From Azolla caroliniana (taxonomy: Eukaryota; Plantae; Polypodiophyta): a stretch of DNA of 64,000 bases. The position numbers were made by a program, and so were the translations under genes. The DNA is taken from assembly GCA_043228905.1 (NCBI GenBank), contig JBHGNT010000016.1:7192001-7256000 (forward strand), read 5' to 3'. Shown here piece by piece: positions 23,543-37,426 of the stretch; within the stretch, counting starts at the first letter, position 1; every line of letters starts with the position of its first letter. A model generated the notes under the pieces. That model searched no databases. It had not been told where the DNA came from and saw only the letters and a program-made list of their open reading frames with translations.

Positions 23543-25716
23543 AATCACTATCTTGGGAAGCTTTTAGAATTGACATGCCATTTACATCCCACATTCTTAA
23601 TTGGTTTGTGTTATTTAACATGGGTTGAGAGATATCATGGATGGTGTAAGAGGAAGCTTCTGACACGACGGGAAGGCATGAATGGTGAACATAGCAAATT
23701 GACAATTAAACAAAATATTGCTTGACAAAAGTTCAACGCCACTTAAATAAACTAGACACCCAAATACAATATGAGCATAGTTTTCAAGAAAGGGAAACAT
23801 TTCAATAGAAAACATCTCAATGAATGAATGTTACGAGTAAAAAAACAAATGCAATACATATCTCTTGAAATCTAAGTCATAAATATATGAATGGCCCCAT
23901 GTCAACACAATTTAAAAACTTAGTTTATCAACCAAAAGTTATTGAGCATGAGGTATATAAAATCTTTTAGCAATGAACACATCGTCAATGTTTACTTGAA
24001 AAATGATCATATTCACTAAATCTTAGACAAATTTGAAACCAATATAGTCTGATGCACTACCATAATTAATGGCACAAAGACTTCAAAAATCTACACACAA
24101 TTATTACCCGGGATGGTGGGCATGCACACTTTCTTATAAAGATCAATCCAAATTGCAAAGTTTTGAATCCATTTAATCTCACACATAATGAGCAAATTGC
24201 ATATACCATCACGTCACATTCAATTAAAATATGAGCTTTGAGGAAAATAATGTGAGGAAGTTGAGGGATAATCCTTAATTTGGATTAAGAACAAATCAAG
24301 GGAAGAAGAAGGTGACAAGATATGTGTACGAAAAGCATGTCAATCACCTAAACCCAATGAAGATAGAAAAACAATTTGTGAAGCCTTTGACTAACGAGGC
24401 TTATAATTTTTTGAAAAGGATGCAAATTTTCAACATGAAACGAGGATTTATCAAAAAATGGAGTTAATGTGCATTTCGTTGTGTCTAGTTTCAACACACT
24501 CAAATGCTCATTTTCACAAAGTAAAATGACCAATTTCAAGGTGTCAAGTTTCAATAGACAATCAATGCGCATTTTCACTAGTCCACATGAGCATTTTGAG
24601 GTAACCATGCCACACTCTTTTGATTCTAGCTACTTTATATTTAAATTGAATACTAATGAATTAGAAGTAATGTTAAAAAATCAAAGGCTTGTTGTGAGAT
24701 AGACCCTACACACTAAAGGATTCGTTCATATGAGCGTCGGAAACGCGACAAGTACAAAGAATTTTATTCCTTTTGAGATTAAGGCACTTGGGTGAATCGC
24801 ATGCCATAACTAACAAGGTGTTAAAAAGAAATGCCAATAACTATTGATGTTTAGAAGTTCCTTAAAACACGTGTTTTGACAGAGTGAAAACTTATTTTTT
24901 ACATGAAAGCACGAAGCTACATGAATATTATTGATACAAAACAATTTCCTTTCCAACTCATGTTAAGATCCCATAGCTATACAACGTTGACATGGGTTTA
25001 GGGGTGAGTTTTGCAAAGTGAGCACCACTATAACTATTATGCTTATTAGTTGAGAGCCTAGAAAAGCTAGGGCTACTGTAGTATTGACGCAATGTACATG
25101 CATATATATTTCAGAGGGAAACCTTATCTAAGTTTTCAAGTAGTCTTACAAAACTAGAGAATGTTTTTGCAAGTTGCAATGACCTCCATGTACTTAGCTC
25201 ACCCAGAGAATCTTGTCATACAACTAAAGTTTGATGAAAGATAAATTGTTTTACATATAAAACACATGGCATACTCGGTGCTCACAAATGATGTAGTTGT
25301 TTTGACTCATACACAAATGTATCGGTGCTATACATCACTCCGATGATCTAGGGTTTAATTTACAATTGTCTTCCATGATACTAGAGAACATTAAGAAATA
25401 CATTGACACTATAACATTGACAAATGGTGCTAGATTTCTAGGATGGTATTAGCAACCTAGAGTTTGTGGGCATTGTGGTGTGAACGTTACTAAAGCTTAT
25501 TGTCTAATTGTAAACCAACTTGCAAAAGAGTTTAGAAAAGCTACAATTGCTCTATTATTGACACAAAATATGCTCAGATGGTATATGTTTGTAAGGAGGA
25601 TCTTATCTACTATTGCGATAAATTTGATGCTAAGATATTCTTCTCCAATGAAATTGAATTCTGAAGGATCTTAAACAATGTCTACAAAGCATGACATGTG
25701 CACATATAAGCACACG

Positions 25717-25969
25717 TACACTCCCCATAGATTCTCCCCATGTATGATGCATATGAAACTAACTCTGAAGAAGCTCACCGAGCACAACATGTTAACATCT
25801 ATATATTTTGGTGCATACATACACACCAAGTACCTACCTACACTCCCCATAGATTCTCCCCATGTATGATGCATGTGAAACAAAATTTGAAGAAGCTCAC
25901 GAAGCACAACATGTTAACATGTATCTATATATTTTGGTGCATACATACACACCAAGTACCTACCTACAC
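25717..25969. repeat. ~122-126 bp tandem duplication
   Basis: tacactccccatagattctccccatgtatgatgca at 25717 and 25839; third boundary tacac at 25965. Confidence 0.9.
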
Positions 25970-26337
25970 ACCTGAAAAACCTCAATGTATTTTGATGCAG
26001 CTCATGAGATGAAAGCTTGGAAAACAAGGAACATTCTTCGGAAGTTGCATGTTTATTGATTGATTGATGCATATGCGCACACACGTAAAACCCAAACTCG
26101 TACAAATGGAATGGATTGAGAGAGTGATTGTGACACATGTAGAAAAACCCATGTGCTAACCCACCCCACCCTTTAAAATGAATGGAGGTGAGAGTTTGCT
26201 ATAGAGGGCCATGATGAATGGAAGAGGAGGAGGTGTTCGGCACCAAGATACAACTACATACTCGAAACCTTGAAAAAAACAAATGGTAAAGAGAAGGTGA
26301 TCTTCTACATCTCTTTTTTATTATATTTTTTATAATG

Positions 26338-26470
26338 GGCTCGAGACCCAATTTTCTCACCTCTCTATTGCTCCATATATATCCACTTAATTTACTAGAC
26401 ACAACTCTAGTAGAATGTAGGGGTTGAACCCTTGACCTTCGGGTCTTCAATGGGCAACCTTACCAACTAT
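26338..26470 (-). mobile_element. tRNA-derived SINE-like repeat
   Basis: Revcomp tagttggtaaggttgcccattgaagacccgaaggtcaagggttcaacccctac... has A-box/B-box-like motifs and matches the 37005-37140 copy. Confidence 0.6.
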
Positions 26471-26709
26471 TCTCCTCTCTTCTCCAAGTTGCAATTTATT
26501 TTATTCCAAATAAGACTTAAAATATCTTAAAGCTCTATGCGCGTGTTGTTGTCCCACCGAAAGGTTTTTTTTTCCCCAAAAACCCCACTCAAAGTTTTTA
26601 ATGTTAGTAAAATGAAAGAAGAAAATGAAAATAAATAGTAATAATAATATTATAGAAAAATAAAATCAGAATATGATACATGAAAGGGCAAACGAAGGGC
26701 CGGGGTAGC

Positions 26710-27151
26710 AATGGGCACGGTTTCGGCTCAAACCGAACTGAACCGTTAAGCCATGGTTTAGCAGTTTATTGGTTCCAAAAAATAATAATGGTTTAGTTTG
26801 GTTTGGATTTTCGATAAACGGTTTGGGTTCGGTTCTAAAACTCGGGTTTATAGATTTGGTTTAAAGGTTTATAGGTTTTTGGTTAAATTTTTTTTTTTAC
26901 CTTAATAGTTTATTAATTTAATGGTTTTAATTAATTTAATAAACTTAACTTAAATGCTTATTTAATTTAATGTATTTTTGTTTATTTAAATATTTATTTA
27001 GCTTGACTGAAATGGTTAGGTTTAAATTTTTTATTAAATGGTTTGGTTTGGTTTCAAATTTTCCATAAACGGTTTGGTTTGGTTTTTGTTTGATATAAAC
27101 GGTTCGGTTTCGGTTTCTTTACCTTGAAACCGAAATCGAACTGTGCCCATT
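26710..27151. mobile_element. MITE-like element with terminal inverted repeats, ~1.1 kb upstream of the TBC gene
   Basis: Starts aatgggcacggtt and ends aactgtgcccatt (12/13 inverted match); subterminal cggtt/aaccg arrays; AT-rich core. No clear TSD. Confidence 0.65.
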
Positions 27152-27342
27152 ATGTTGTCGGGGTATGAAATTAAAAAAATAAAATAAAATAAAAAACAGA
27201 AAAAAAAAGAAAACCAAAACCAATAGGCTATAGCAAAAAAAAAAAAAAACAAAAAAAAACAAAAGAATAAAAAAAAAACAAAAAATAGAAAAAAAAAATA
27301 AAAAGAAAACAGGGAGGAGAAGGGGACTTAGAGAAGACAGGA

Positions 27343-27460
27343 GAAGAAGAAGAAGAAGAAGAAGAAGAAGAAGAAGAAGAAGCCATTCATTCATTGAATC
27401 ATTCCCCTGTTTCTCCTTCATATCTTTCTTTCTTTATTTTTTGGGTTCCCTTCGATCGCC

Positions 27461-27500
<40 letters not shown>

Positions 27501-27610
27501 ACGAACGATGTGACGTGATGAGATGTAATGTAATGTTTATGTAATGATAATGCGACTGCACGACCATGACAATCCATACATATGTACATACATACATACA
27601 TACATACATA
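27343..27610. repeat. Microsatellite cluster (GAA)n, (CA)n, (TACA)n
   Basis: Directly visible at 27343-27381, 27463-27498 and ~27586-27610. Confidence 0.9.
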
Positions 27611-28243
27611 CAACCCATCCATCATCATCAATCATCTAATGAAATGAACAGAAAGACCCATCCATCATCTGACATAATCCATCCATCCTCTGTTTTGTTT
27701 TTACACATATAATAATCAATCACAACATACATACATACATATATATACATATACATACATTTTCATTCTCTTTTCCATCCCTTCCATGTTTGCAGGCGGC
27801 TCTGTTCCTTCTCCGACCCAAACCGCAGGTCTTATACAGATCCAGGAAAGAAGGAAAGAAAGGTCTTCCTTTCCTACCCCCTTTTTTTGTTCTTTTTCTT
27901 TTTTTAACAAACACATGCGGAGAGAGAGAGAGAGAGAAGATCTGCCTTTTCCCTTCGATTACACACACCCTTACTCTGCAACCCTGCAAAAATCACCTCA
28001 AAAGAAAGAAAGAGAAGAAGATTGCCAACAATCACACCAAATCCATAATCACATCATACAAACAATAAATCAAGGGAAGAAAAGAAAGAAAGGGGATCAT
28101 TTTCTCCCCCCCTCTGGTTTGAGGCCGAGAAACCCAAATTTAGGGGGGGTTAAGCAAAACTGAGTCTTTTTGGGTTGTTGTCAATTTTTTTGGGGGGCAT
28201 TGGGGATCGGAGAAGACAGGACGGACGGACGGACGGTAGAGGA

Positions 28244-31200
28244 ATGAGAGGAGCAGGCGATGACCCAGAGGCAGAGCAGCAAAGGTCCTACGCGGCTGAA
28301 TTCGAACCTGGTCCAATCCCACCCCTCAGGCCAGTGGATAGGTATGGATTCCTCAAATCAGATCAGTCAGCGGGAATTGCCACAACTGCTTCAGCTGCTA
28401 CCACACCTCTTCCTCCTCCAGAGGTCTCCTCCAAATCCAAGCCAAGAAATGATAGAGACAGGCACGCCAAAATATCCCTTATCCTCACTTGATTCTCTCT
28501 CATAATGTATTCTGGCCTTTGCTTTATTGATTTTTCTTGTATTCGTATGTTTATATCGATTAATATGTATGAAATGTATAGAGGAAGGTAGAGTAATGTC
28601 TGTTATTGCATAGACCTTCTTATGTAACAGGCATTTCATTTTATGTATGTATTTAAAATGTATGGAGAGGTATAGGGAAAGGTAGATTAAGCTTCTTATC
28701 TCATATGGTTTCCTGGTATTCACTGCGATTTGCATTTTGTTTTTAGTCTTTGTAGTCTTTTGATTGATTGGATATAATGTTTTTGTTGGTTTGGTGTGTG
28801 GATATACAGTTAGCATGTATGGAGATATATAGAATGAAGAAAAAAAGAAAGATGCTTTCATGTCTCATGTTCTACAATACCGAATGAGATGCATGGATAT
28901 GTAAAGAATGAAGGCAAAAAGAAAGATCTCTTCACCTCTCTTAAGAGAGAAAATGTCCTATAAGGCTGAATGAGATATCACATTTGAAAAAATGTTGTCA
29001 TCTCCAGGAACAAACAAAACAAAACAAGGTAGGTACCTCTAGCAGCATATAATGCCCACTTAGATGAATTCAATTTTTTACCTAAAAAGGTCGCAGAAAT
29101 GGGCCAATCCATGATGGAGACATATATGAAATGAGGAAAACACCTTTAGTACTGTTGATAATGGCCTCGATTTCTCGATAACAAGGAATATGAAGCTGTG
29201 GTCCAAATAGACAGTGGCCTATGTGCATAGCAAATTGCTATAGTCCAATTTGTTGTAATCCCTTCTGATGCGGTGGTTGAGGTCCTACTTGTGTAGCCTT
29301 TGATTTATCTATACCTTGGGAAGGAGAGGTGAGATGATAGTGATAAAGGAGTTTGCAAGGGCTCTTTGTTGGTGTAGTTTGGTAGTCATATTGTTTGTCT
29401 TTCAACAACTTCTCTCATGTCTCTTGGTTGTTAACAAGAACAGTCCCAAACATCATTGGTCTTTGTATTCCATTATCTTGCAGAGTGGGTCAAAGCCTTT
29501 TGCAAAGAGGCAGTGCTATCCTTTCTTATTTGATTAAAAACAGTGCAATGTCTAACATAATGTTCCTCTGATTCCATATACCAATGACACGATTGGCAGA
29601 TCCGTTCTTCCATAACTTTGCGTGCATATCTGTCTGTCTCCATCTCTTACTGATGTGAAAAGGTGTTGAGATGGCCTGCCCTATCACACTTCAGAGTGCA
29701 CAAGGGAGATTTGTATCCATAATAGAAAGAAGTGATGATAAATCCATGATGCTACATGTGAAAATATAGAACCTTATAGTTGGCCATCCTCCTTCTAAGC
29801 GGCATTAAGAAAGGTAGATCCAATCCCCTTACCCCAAATGATTTCAATGTATTTTTGTCTTCATTTATTGTTCATTTTATGTCTCAGTATACCAAGTTAC
29901 CATGCATAAAGATGTATAGATAAAGGTCTTATCTCATATGGTCCGTTTTGATCCTTTCAATGTATTCTTTGTCTTTGTATTCTTGATGTTTTGGATGTTT
30001 TTATTTGAGTTTTGTGTTTGGTTGTCCTGTCTGAAGATATCATATGGTTTCTTTGCGATCATTGCAATTCCCAATGTATAAATAGTCTTTGTTTCTTTTG
30101 ATTTTATGATGGATATTTTCTTTTGATGTCAAAGAATAATAGAGATCTGATAAAGGTAGGATAACAGTCCCTTGCCTCATATGCATTCCGCATGATCCTT
30201 TATTTGTAATCTTTGTTTTCTTTTGATGTTCTGTTTTCTTTTGTTAGTCAGAATAATATCTAATGACTCATGTATGAAGAAGATAGCCGAAATCCTTGTT
30301 TACTTTCTATGTGGTGCTTCCAATGTATTCCAATTTCGTCTCTTTATTTTCTTCATTTTATGAATACATAGTTTTCATTTTGCATGTACGATATCTAATT
30401 AGCATGTATGGTGATGTGTAGCTTATTTCTATATTGAATTGCAGGGAGGAGAAAAGACTACGAAAATGGCGTAAAATGATTGGAGTTGGGGGCGCTGATT
30501 GGAAGCATTATGCAAGAAGGAAACCTAATGTTGTGAAAAGGCGAATCAGGAAAGGAATCCCTGACTGTTTAAGAGGATTAGTTTGGCAATTGATATCCGG
30601 AAGCAGAGATTTGTTGTTGATGCATCAGGGTGTTTATGAGGTATTTTACTACTTTTAATGTTCAAACCTCGTGGGTTCTTCTAAAAATTTTCCAGTTTAT
30701 TCTGCAATGTATTTTACAGTGGCAAAGTTAATTTGCTATAAGCTTATGAGGTTCAACCTTGGATACTATAGAAATGTAGTAGTGATATGAAAAGGTCAAT
30801 ATGTATGCTCATTTGATACTGTGTGCGCTATGTGCATATGCATCTGTGTATATATAGTTTGACATACATACTACTTTGTAGGTGTGTGTGATATATATTA
30901 TTATGATTTTATTCAAGTAATTGACATGATCGATCGAGTACTAGGACTTATAGAAGGTTGATTGTAGTGCATGATGAAAATTTTCATTCGTAAGAAGCAA
31001 AGAATAAGCATGCTATTTTACTGATTTTGTCACTCATGAGTTTTTCATTTTTTTAAAGTTGATACGATTGCTGTGGACATATATTATGTATGTTCTCTAA
31101 TAGAGAACTCAATCGAAAAGCTATAATTAGGTTCAAATGGATACTTTTGATAAATAGGGAGCATAATTCATCATGCGCATTCAATCATGTAGTAATGCTG

Positions 31201-34200
31201 ATATGAAGAATGAAAATACCTGTATTAATGTCATATATAACTTGCAAAAGCGTGATATTAGTGGGTCTTTGTTTTGGCAGCAACTGGTCTTATATGAGAC
31301 ATCCGCAGCTGAACTAGACATCATCCGAGACATTTCAAGAACATTTCCTTCACATGTGTTTTTCCAACAAAGACACGGCCCAGGCCAAAGATCGCTGTAT
31401 AATGTCTTGAAGGCTTACTCTGTGTATGATCGAGCTGTAGGTTATGTTCAGGTAATATAACAATGTCAGATGTGCTTTTAAAAAAGATACATTTTCATAG
31501 TTATGGACTTTACCTTTTTCAGTAGTTTTTGAACATGAAAAGATGATGTTTTTTGACATTTTTGAAGAGAAGTTTTGATGGAATGGTGATGATTTTTTGT
31601 CAGGGAATGGGTTTTTTGGCGGGGTTACTCCTCCTATACATGAGTGAAGAAGATGCTTTTTGGTTACTAGTAGCATTGCTAAAAGGTGCGGTTCATGCTC
31701 CAATGGAAGGCCTTTATTTGGTGAGAGACACTATATGTCATCATCTCAGGACCTCTACTTTTTAGTTTGTCATTTGCTGGTATCATTATTTTGTTTCTTG
31801 TCAGATGATTGCATAGGATGTAGAATTGACTATTCTTTATCTTGATCTAAAGCTAATAACTATAAACTCAATCCAACATTGTCTAGTCCTTTGTTCTATC
31901 TCTCTCCCGAGGACACACTGGACAGAAGCTGAATGTTTTCACCGGGGGACTGGTGTGCTAAATGGTTGGAAATCTATCACTTGTTGGGCATCAATCTACT
32001 CTTTTTATCTCTAGATCTAGGAAGCTAGCAAATAAATGTATGTTTACAAGTGCCAAAAAATCTATTAGACGTTGTGTTTAAAATACCCTGGCATATTTCC
32101 CAAGAGAATAATTGCGTTTCCATATAGGTGTAGGGTTCCCCATAATAATAATAACAATAACCTCTGCCATCTCTATAGACAGCCCCATATTTTCCTTCTG
32201 TTTCACTTAGCACTGATGGCATGTGTTCTCTTTACAGTGTGTTACTTGAGATTAGAGCATGTGATATTCATCTAGGGTATACGCATATTGTCGCCCTTTA
32301 ATGCCCTTCTCTCGGTTAGGAAAGCTTGCTTCTTCTCCATGTCCATGAAACAGATGATTTAAGACCTCTTGGTCAAGAATCATTTATTGGGTCTTCTGAC
32401 CCTCCACGCTGCAGCATTTGGTATGTATCTGATGTTGCGATCCTTACTCTGAGATTCCTGGCCTTTTTTGTAAGGTTTCCTTTTTTCTGCTTATTGATAA
32501 CCTGTGCTTGTTCTTTAGACTTAGCAATCATGATTACTCTGCTCCTCGTAGACATCTATAATAATTGGCTTTTCCCAAGTATGACCCTCTCAGTTAATGT
32601 AGTTATACACTATGACTGTTTATGATGTATAAGGTATTTCTTCATCAATATCTAGGAAATGCATACATTAATTACTTCATCCATGTTTACTCAAATGTTT
32701 TGCCAGCAACTAGAGAATCACAATTTTGGGACATAGACAATGTTAAATAAGAGTAACCAGTTCCTGAAAATCTGGTGGTAGATGTTACAAGCTATCCATA
32801 TAGGAACACATTCTGGTATGCCTTTGTATGATCTTACCACTATATAGCGGCCGGTAGTAAAACAAACAAAAGTACTTATATTTTTCTGTGTATAATAGGT
32901 TAGAAAGGCATTTAATTTAAGATTTCTTAAACCAGGTCTGTAGAGGCAAAGATTTTGATTCTCCAAACCTTCCAACGTGAGATAGCAAAACTAATCTAAA
33001 TGCTATAATAATATGGAGCATCATCATTAAGTTTTATGAATACATTTATAAGGGAGTATATTCTAAGTTTATAAGACAGTATTATCGTAGGCCCTGGAAT
33101 TAGTGGTTGGTTGGAGTGCAAGCCCTGAGCCATCTAGGCATGTTGGTTTTTCCAATGTAAATTAATGGGTAGATTTGTACTTAATTTTTATTTAGGATCC
33201 AGAATATTCTAGTAATTATTCATTAAAGAAGGGAAAAAAAGTCAAAGTAATCTGGGAAATTTTCTTTCTTCTTTATAAAAAAATTCATTTGTAGTCTCCT
33301 TTTTTATTTATTGATAAAATTGTTTATTTTATTTTCAATTTAATTTTATGATTGTTCTAGGTTGGGCTTCCTCTTGTTCAACAATACCTCTTCCAATTTG
33401 AGAGGCTTGTGAAGGAACAATTGCCAAAACTTGGGGCCCATTTTGATAGAGAACTGATAAACCCAAGCATGTATGCGAGCCAGTGGTTTATCACTGTATT
33501 TTCTTATTCTTTTCCCTTCCCTCTAGCACTCCGCATATGGGATGTTTTTCTTTCTGAGGTTAGTCAATTCCACTTACAACATATATTTCTTTTCCTTTCT
33601 TTTCGAAAGTCTCTCATTTAAGTTGCATTTGGTATTACACACACAATTTTTTTGATCGATTGATTGGTTGTGAATCCAGGGTGTAAAGATAATTTTCAAA
33701 GTTGGGTTGGCTGTTCTCAAGTATTGCCATGATGATCTAGTAAGCTTTTCCAATAACGAGAAAATGACTATATAAAAGGGAATGGAAAAAGCTTAAAAAA
33801 GCCAAAAAATGCAATAGCAAGCAAAAAACAGAAGTTAAAAAAAATAAAAAAAAAATAATTTATTATTCGTTTTTTTATTGAGGACATTCTCATTATTTGT
33901 TTACATGTTCTTGCTTGATGACATTGATTTAGTCATGTGGTGATTTCTCTATTTCCAAAATGTAAATTCTCGAATCTAGTTTTTCAAAAATGCAATTATA
34001 GATTTTCATGATGATTGTTTCTAAGGCAATCTCGAGTATTTGAAATGCCTCACGTAGGGCCTAATTAAATGTGATGTTATGCATGTTCAGAAGGATGTAG
34101 AAATCATTTGTGGGTTCATTGCATCTGGTTTATAAAAACAATGCCAAACTGCAGAATCCACCATATTTGTGTTGAATAAAGGGGATGCTTATCCTTTTAT

Positions 34201-34709
34201 ATACTAACCTTAAACTTGAGCAGTTGGGAACCTTAAACTGATGATCCTGTGCATTCGTTCAGGTGAAGCTTCCTTTTGAGAAGTTAATACATGCGTTGCG
34301 TAACTTTCCTGACGATGCCTTGTGTCCAGACACTTTGTTGCCCATGGCATTCTCAATCAAGGTATTACAGTTTTCTTTAAAAACTCCATAAAATTCTTTC
34401 ACTCATACACAAATAGGCCTCAGGTATAATTTAGAAGATCAAGAAAAATGTATCCACGAGTGGAGTGCTATATATATCTATGTGATTAAGTATTGCACAA
34501 TTGATTTTGTTTTCCTTCTTTAATTTTATTATTGTTAAATCTTTTTCTTCTTAATTCACATTATAAATAGTTACGCTATTTAAAAACATATTCAGGTTTC
34601 AAAAAGGTTGGAAGAGTTGAGAGTTGAATATGAGCAAATGAAGAACCCTCCATTGGAGACTCAAAATTTGAAGGTAAACAAACAACGTGGCTTGCCGAGG
34701 ATGTGTTAA
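28244..34709 (+). CDS. TBC-domain Rab GTPase-activating protein (EVI5-like; plant Ypt/Rab-GAP gyp1p superfamily)
   Basis: Exons 28244..28461 (GC donor), 30445..30640, 31281..31451, 31604..31720, 33361..33558, 33680..33739, 34263..34361, 34596..34709 (TAA; a further splice at 34673 is possible). Motifs DRYGF, RKGIPDCLRGLVW, IIRDISRTFP (Arg finger), GYVQGM (Gln finger), EEDAFWLL, YASQWFITVFS, LRIWDVFL. Confidence 0.95.
32690..32990 (-). mobile_element. Degenerate LINE 3' fragment in TBC intron 4
   Basis: Minus-strand remnants ...TGRY...C..C...LLFN.. resemble the LINE C-terminal zinc-finger region; heavily degraded. Confidence 0.35.
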
Positions 34710-36596
34710 AAGAGGGGCAGGGAAAGCAAAAGCAAAAGCAAGAGCTTTCAATTCACATGAGCCAATCTCTTTGCTGTAAAAATGGATATGAGCATTCAAA
34801 ATCTTGTAGTGCTAGGGAGATCCTTTATTTAACACCATTAAATGAAAGGGTCTTTTCCAATAAGGGCGTGAGCTCTCGTGGGTTTCTTTCTTCAAAAAAT
34901 ATTCGCTTATATATTATTCTTTTGTGATAGCTCAAGTCTTGAACTGTGCTCCGAAGTCCACCATTATTAAATACAAATGTTCTCCTGTTCAACTCCATGA
35001 AAAAAACATATGATAGTTTTTATTTTTCGAAACTTCTGACAGTTGAATTTTATACAGTGCAAATGAAGTTAAAACTGTTGGTTGGATTATTCTCGAAGTT
35101 ATGGAAGGGATGACCTAAAATTTTCCATCAACACGACGGGCGAATGCTCAATTGTAGATGACATGACACAACAATGGGAGAACATAACAAACCAAAACCC
35201 TAATCTCTAAGATGTTTCTCAACAGTCCCAACTATAAATTCAAGCAAATGCCATGCTAGTTAAAAATTCTACGTAAAACACATTATTCTTTCTATGTTCA
35301 AGTGGCAGAAATAAAAGAAAACAATCTGAGTATTTTCAATTGTAGCTATTTAAAATTGCATGTAGGGACATTTAGGAAGCAAACTATGATTTGTGGTAGC
35401 AAAATCATTGCAGATTGGCAGCAAACTAGTATCATTTTTATCGCTTGCACATTCACAATTTGTTTGTATGTAAAAATTATGTTTTCAGAGACATGAAAAA
35501 GGTGAGAGCAATAAAATATTCAATTTCCCATGTCTCTATCCCTTGCTTCTTGTTTTGCTTGATGGGACTTGGAGAATGATGTATTGTTTGTATGATTATG
35601 TAGCTATTTGCTAGAGCTCATTGAATAAGATGTATATATGTGTGTTTAACGTATGATGCCTTGTGAATGGTATGTATAATACCTCATGAATAATATTTTG
35701 TAAGAGAATAACTTTATGAAAAATAGGCGTGATCAATTTGTTCAAACCCAAGTAGAAAAGCAAAATGCGATGAAAGTCTCCGATGTAGTATTAGAGGGGC
35801 CATCCATTGTAGTAAGTGTATGATTCATAGTTGTGCTAACAAAGAGAATAGCATTAGGTTTTCAACTAATAAAGAGTTTCTTGCATTCTTTTTTGGTAAT
35901 CATGAGGAATTCAAGATGATTGCTTTTGTGGTGGTTGTTGAGCAGTATGTGTTTCTCGATCATATGGCTTTTGATGTGTTGTGCATGTGTGATCTTTCTT
36001 GTCTAGGCAGGAGTGAGTAGGTTGATGTGATTTAGGTCTCTTAGATGTAGGGTTTCATGGATTACATCTCATGATTGTGTTCGTTTCACTATGCGAGGTT
36101 AGGTAAACATAAGAAGGGTTGTAGAAGCTTATTGTGGAGCTCATGATTGCCAAACTCATATTCCCTCTCAGAACAACACCATTTTCTCAAACAAATTCAA
36201 TCAACCCCCCACCTTGGTTCAAGAACTTGTGTATGTGATCTAAGATACCTTTAAAAGGGTAGCACAATCATTACATAATTCCCATTGTGTTTTCTACATA
36301 CAAAATCGTTAGTGTTGGACCATAAAGATACACAAATTGCAATAAGAAATTTGGTGCTATTGTACATTTACAAAAGAAACTTTGCATATTGATGTAGATC
36401 TTTTTCATCCATAGAAGAGTGACTATACATTTGTATATCCTCTTATATCCTTAAGATACATGACATGGAATATTTTTGTGCATTAAGTTGCAAACTTCTT
36501 TTATGAGCGTTCATGTCACCAAAGACAATAAGGTCCTCCTTGCCTTTGAACTCTTGTATACTAATTCTAGCATTATGTTGCTATCCATTACAATTC

Positions 36597-36640
<44 letters not shown>

Positions 36641-36644
<4 letters not shown>

Positions 36645-37170
36645 TGGTCATGGGTTCAACTCCTACATTCCACAGAGGCATCTAATGAAATAAGAGATAT
36701 TGATAGAGTAATAGAGAGGTGAGGAAATTGGATTTTGAACCCAAGATGCAATGCTATTAATGTAAATGACTTACCACTAGGGTAAGCTAATTACAATAAA
36801 AAGATAAAGAAAGAGAGAGATAGAGAGATGGTCATGGGTTCAACTCCTACCAATGGCATCTAGTGAAATAAGAGATATCTATGGAGTAATAAAGAGGTGA
36901 AGAAATTGGGTTTCAAATCCAAGATGTAGTATTAGTAGTGTAAACAACTTACCACTAAGGTAAGCTAATTACGATAAAAAGACAACGAAAAAGAGCCTAG
37001 ATGGATGTAGCTTTGTTGGTAAGGTTGCCCAATGGAGACTAGGTGGTTGTGGGCTCAATCCGTACATTTCATAGTGGCATCTAGTGAAATAAGAGATATT
37101 GATAGAGTAATAGAGAGGTGAGAAAATTTTGGTTTCAAACCTAAGATGTATTGCTAGTAGTGTAAACCTT
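36641..37170 (+). mobile_element. Three tandem tRNA-derived SINE-like units flanked by (GA)n
   Basis: Unit core ggtcatgggttcaactcctac...ggcatctagtgaaataagagatat...gagtaatagagaggtga...ccaagatg...cttaccacta at ~36646, ~36830 and ~37040. The third unit has a full tRNA-like head from ~37005. Confidence 0.65.
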
Positions 37171-37426
37171 TAATTATCATAAGAGAGAGAGAGAGAGAGA
37201 GAGAGTTTGAAAATGCATCCTCTTTTAATTCCTAGTTTTATTTTCTTCTAATGTTGAAAGAGTTTGAATTAATGTTGGGTCTAGAATTTCAACTTGCCAT
37301 GTTTTACATCCAATGGGTGGTGGAATTTTAGTTTGGAGTAACCTTTTTGAGTCATAAGTTTGAGATACAAAACTTGGATTCACGGTTTCACCATATACTT
37401 AATTCATCATGTGATTAAGATTTAGT

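Noticed and set aside
21700-25700. Possible genes in AT-rich stretches here (similarly 10000-11400 and 39200-43900)
   Set aside because: Only faint, heavily mutated TE-like traces; no consistent exon chain could be built, so left unannotated.
27034-28163. ORFs rich in F/L/K/E upstream of TBC
   Set aside because: Translations of poly-A and microsatellite tracts with no recognisable domain.
37003-37075. Possible tRNA gene
   Set aside because: Stems do not pair into a cloverleaf and the sequence is part of a multi-copy degenerate repeat; treated as SINE-like.
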